Positions 62,770 to 64,000 of a stretch of 64,000 bases of DNA are shown piece by piece. The position numbers and the translations under genes were made by a program. The stretch is taken from NCBI GenBank assembly GCA_041658665.1, contig JBAZZR010000001.1, forward strand, positions 128,576-192,575. Direction: 5' to 3'. The notes under the pieces were generated by a model. That model made no database searches. It saw only the letters and a list, made by a program, of their open reading frames with translations, and had not been told where the DNA came from. This stretch comes from Patescibacteria group bacterium (GTDB lineage: Bacteria > Patescibacteriota > Patescibacteriia > Patescibacteriales > UBA12465). Every line of letters begins with the position of its first letter. The stretch's first letter is position 1.

Positions 62770-63735
62770 ATGAAAAAGATTATTTCTTTTTGGTTGATGA
62801 TTTCTGCCGTAGTAGCGATCATCAATTTAGCGCCGGCACGAGCGGAGTCTTTAGAAAAAATTTCTTCGCCGGATCAGATTAAGTATTATCAGAAGATTGA
62901 AAGACGGGGGAATGTACTATATGGCGTAAAGGTTAAGATGGAAAAATTAGAACTAAAAGATGCGGCGCCCCTTTCATCGAAGGTATCTTTAGAAAAAATT
63001 TCTTCGCCGGATCAGATTAAGTATTATCAAAAGGTTGAAAGACGCGGGAATGTACTATATGGCGTAAAAGTTAAGTCAGAAAAATTGGAGTCAGAAAAAA
63101 ATAGTGATTCGTCGGTATCGAGCCCAACTCAAAACGAGCCAACTACCGCTGTTACAACTAGCCAGATCGAAACTCCGACCACTGCGAATCCCGGTAGTGC
63201 TAGCGTGAGTGCCGGAACTTTAGAGAAAATAGCGGAGCCAGCTAGTATCCCCTTATATGAGAAGATTAAGAAAATAGGTGCTAGTCTTTGGGGCGTGAAG
63301 AAAGCGAATGTTAAAACTACTCCGGCGATCAAAATTCCTTCTTCATCGACGATTCAAAATAACGTGTCAACGGTTAAAGTCGTTCGAGCGGAAATATCCG
63401 GATGTGTCGCAACGGTAATTGATACCAAAGATAAAGCTTTAATAGAAAAAGAAAGCGCTTTTTCTTCGGAGTTAATTTCTTTAATTAGTGAGCGTAGTGT
63501 TTGTCAGCAAGCAGCGGTTAAATCTTTAGATAATCAGAAAAAAAATCTTGATGTTTGTGTTCAAGATTTTAAGAAGGGTAGGGATCAATTACAGGAGAGC
63601 GCTAAGTTAGGGCGCAAGGCTATTCAAGACGTTTACAAAAATAGTTTGAAGGCTTGTTCTAAGAGCGTTTTAGCAACTAGCACTAAGAGTATAGAAGCGG
63701 AAACTGTGATGATTGAGGACGGGAGTGAAGACTAA
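62770..63735 (+). CDS. Secreted protein with internal tandem repeats
   Basis: 321 aa. Signal peptide MKKIISFWLMISAVVAIINLAPARA. Two near-identical LEKISSPDQIKYYQK(I/V)ERRGNVLYGVKVK units plus a degenerate third (LEKIAEPASIPLYEKIKKIGASLWGVKK). Confidence 0.7.
   Translation: MKKIISFWLMISAVVAIINLAPARAESLEKISSPDQIKYYQKIERRGNVLYGVKVKMEKLELKDAAPLSSKVSLEKISSPDQIKYYQKVERRGNVLYGVKVKSEKLESEKNSDSSVSSPTQNEPTTAVTTSQIETPTTANPGSASVSAGTLEKIAEPASIPLYEKIKKIGASLWGVKKANVKTTPAIKIPSSSTIQNNVSTVKVVRAEISGCVATVIDTKDKALIEKESAFSSELISLISERSVCQQAAVKSLDNQKKNLDVCVQDFKKGRDQLQESAKLGRKAIQDVYKNSLKACSKSVLATSTKSIEAETVMIEDGSED
62848..63075 (+). repeat. In-frame direct DNA repeat (2 x ~90 nt, period 138 nt) inside 62770-63735
   Basis: 62848-62937 and 62986-63075 differ at only a handful of positions. 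Confidence 0.85.
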
Positions 63736-63859
63736 ATTATTTATTTTGTAAATTGAATTTAATAAAAAAGGGTCAATTTAGTTGATCCTTTTTTGTTTGT
63801 TTGGGGCTAGTTCTTGTTTTTCAAATTATCTTATGTTAGAGTATTTTTAGTTAAATTTA

Positions 63860-63946
63860 GGAGAGGTGCCAGAGCGGTCGAATGGAACAGTCTTGAAAAC
63901 TGTCGTCGGTGCAAGCCGACCGTGGGTTCGAATCCCACCCTCTCCG
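63860..63946 (+). tRNA. tRNA-Ser (anticodon TGA), class II
   Basis: 87 nt. GGAGAGG acceptor stem, anticodon arm ACAGT-CTTGAAA-ACTGT, long variable arm, T-arm GTGGG-TTCGAAT-CCCAC, 3' strand CCTCTCC plus G. Confidence 0.9.
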
Positions 63947-64000
63947 CAGAGACAAATTAGCATTAAGCTAATCAAGTATATAATAAAATCTATATGAGAT

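Noticed and set aside
1-64000. CRISPR arrays, rRNA genes, IS transposases, and diversity-generating retroelements (often present in CPR genomes)
   Set aside because: I found no regularly spaced short repeats, no rRNA-like sequence, no transposase or reverse-transcriptase motifs, and no template/variable repeat pair.

Overview
Low-GC, gene-dense bacterial chromosome fragment. Gene content suggests a Patescibacteria/CPR-type genome: a giant Cys-rich surface protein, PrgI/VirB4/VirB6-like secretion parts, a RibL-like nucleotidyltransferase, and a 2-oxoacid:ferredoxin oxidoreductase with flavodoxin. This lineage call is inference only, since there is no rRNA in the window. The code is standard (UGA is used as stop, e.g. 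the ATGA overlaps at 57913 and 58764). Layout: (1) 1-10.6 kb holds a 5'-truncated giant surface protein and a VirB6/TrbL-like membrane protein. (2) 10.6-14.0 kb is a methyl-cycle trio (PfkB kinase, ahcY, metK). (3) 14.1-30.0 kb is the most unusual part. Eight tandem paralogs each end in a PEP-utilizer swivelling phosphohistidine domain behind a divergent ~370-aa N-terminal domain. They are interleaved with a nucleotidyltransferase, two HAD-like proteins and a histidine-phosphatase-like protein. After them come an aberrant antisense tRNA-like gene and one stand-alone PPDK_N-type ATP-grasp gene. No PEP/pyruvate TIM-barrel domain is visible anywhere, so I read this as a split, multiplexed dikinase-like phosphotransfer system of unknown substrate. 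(4) 30-35.2 kb carries PrgI-like and VirB4-like ATPase genes and neighbours. (5) 35.2-40.6 kb carries radA, recG and tRNA-Arg. (6) 40.7-55.36 kb is a ~14.6-kb island inserted in the 3' end of tRNA-Ser(GCT), bounded by a perfect 20-bp direct repeat. It carries an XRE + type III R-M module, a large serine recombinase, TerS/TerL, a ParB-methylase, a LexA/CI-like repressor with a back-to-back promoter switch, RusA, unknown cargo and a GC-rich non-coding end. (7) 55.4-64 kb carries accessory-looking genes (oxidoreductase-flavodoxin operon, NUDIX, transglutaminase-like protein, a repeat protein). These are punctuated by two degenerate tRNA-Ser 3'-end-like remnants and a recurring promoter-like motif, and the window ends at tRNA-Ser(TGA). 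No CRISPR array, rRNA or transposase was seen.
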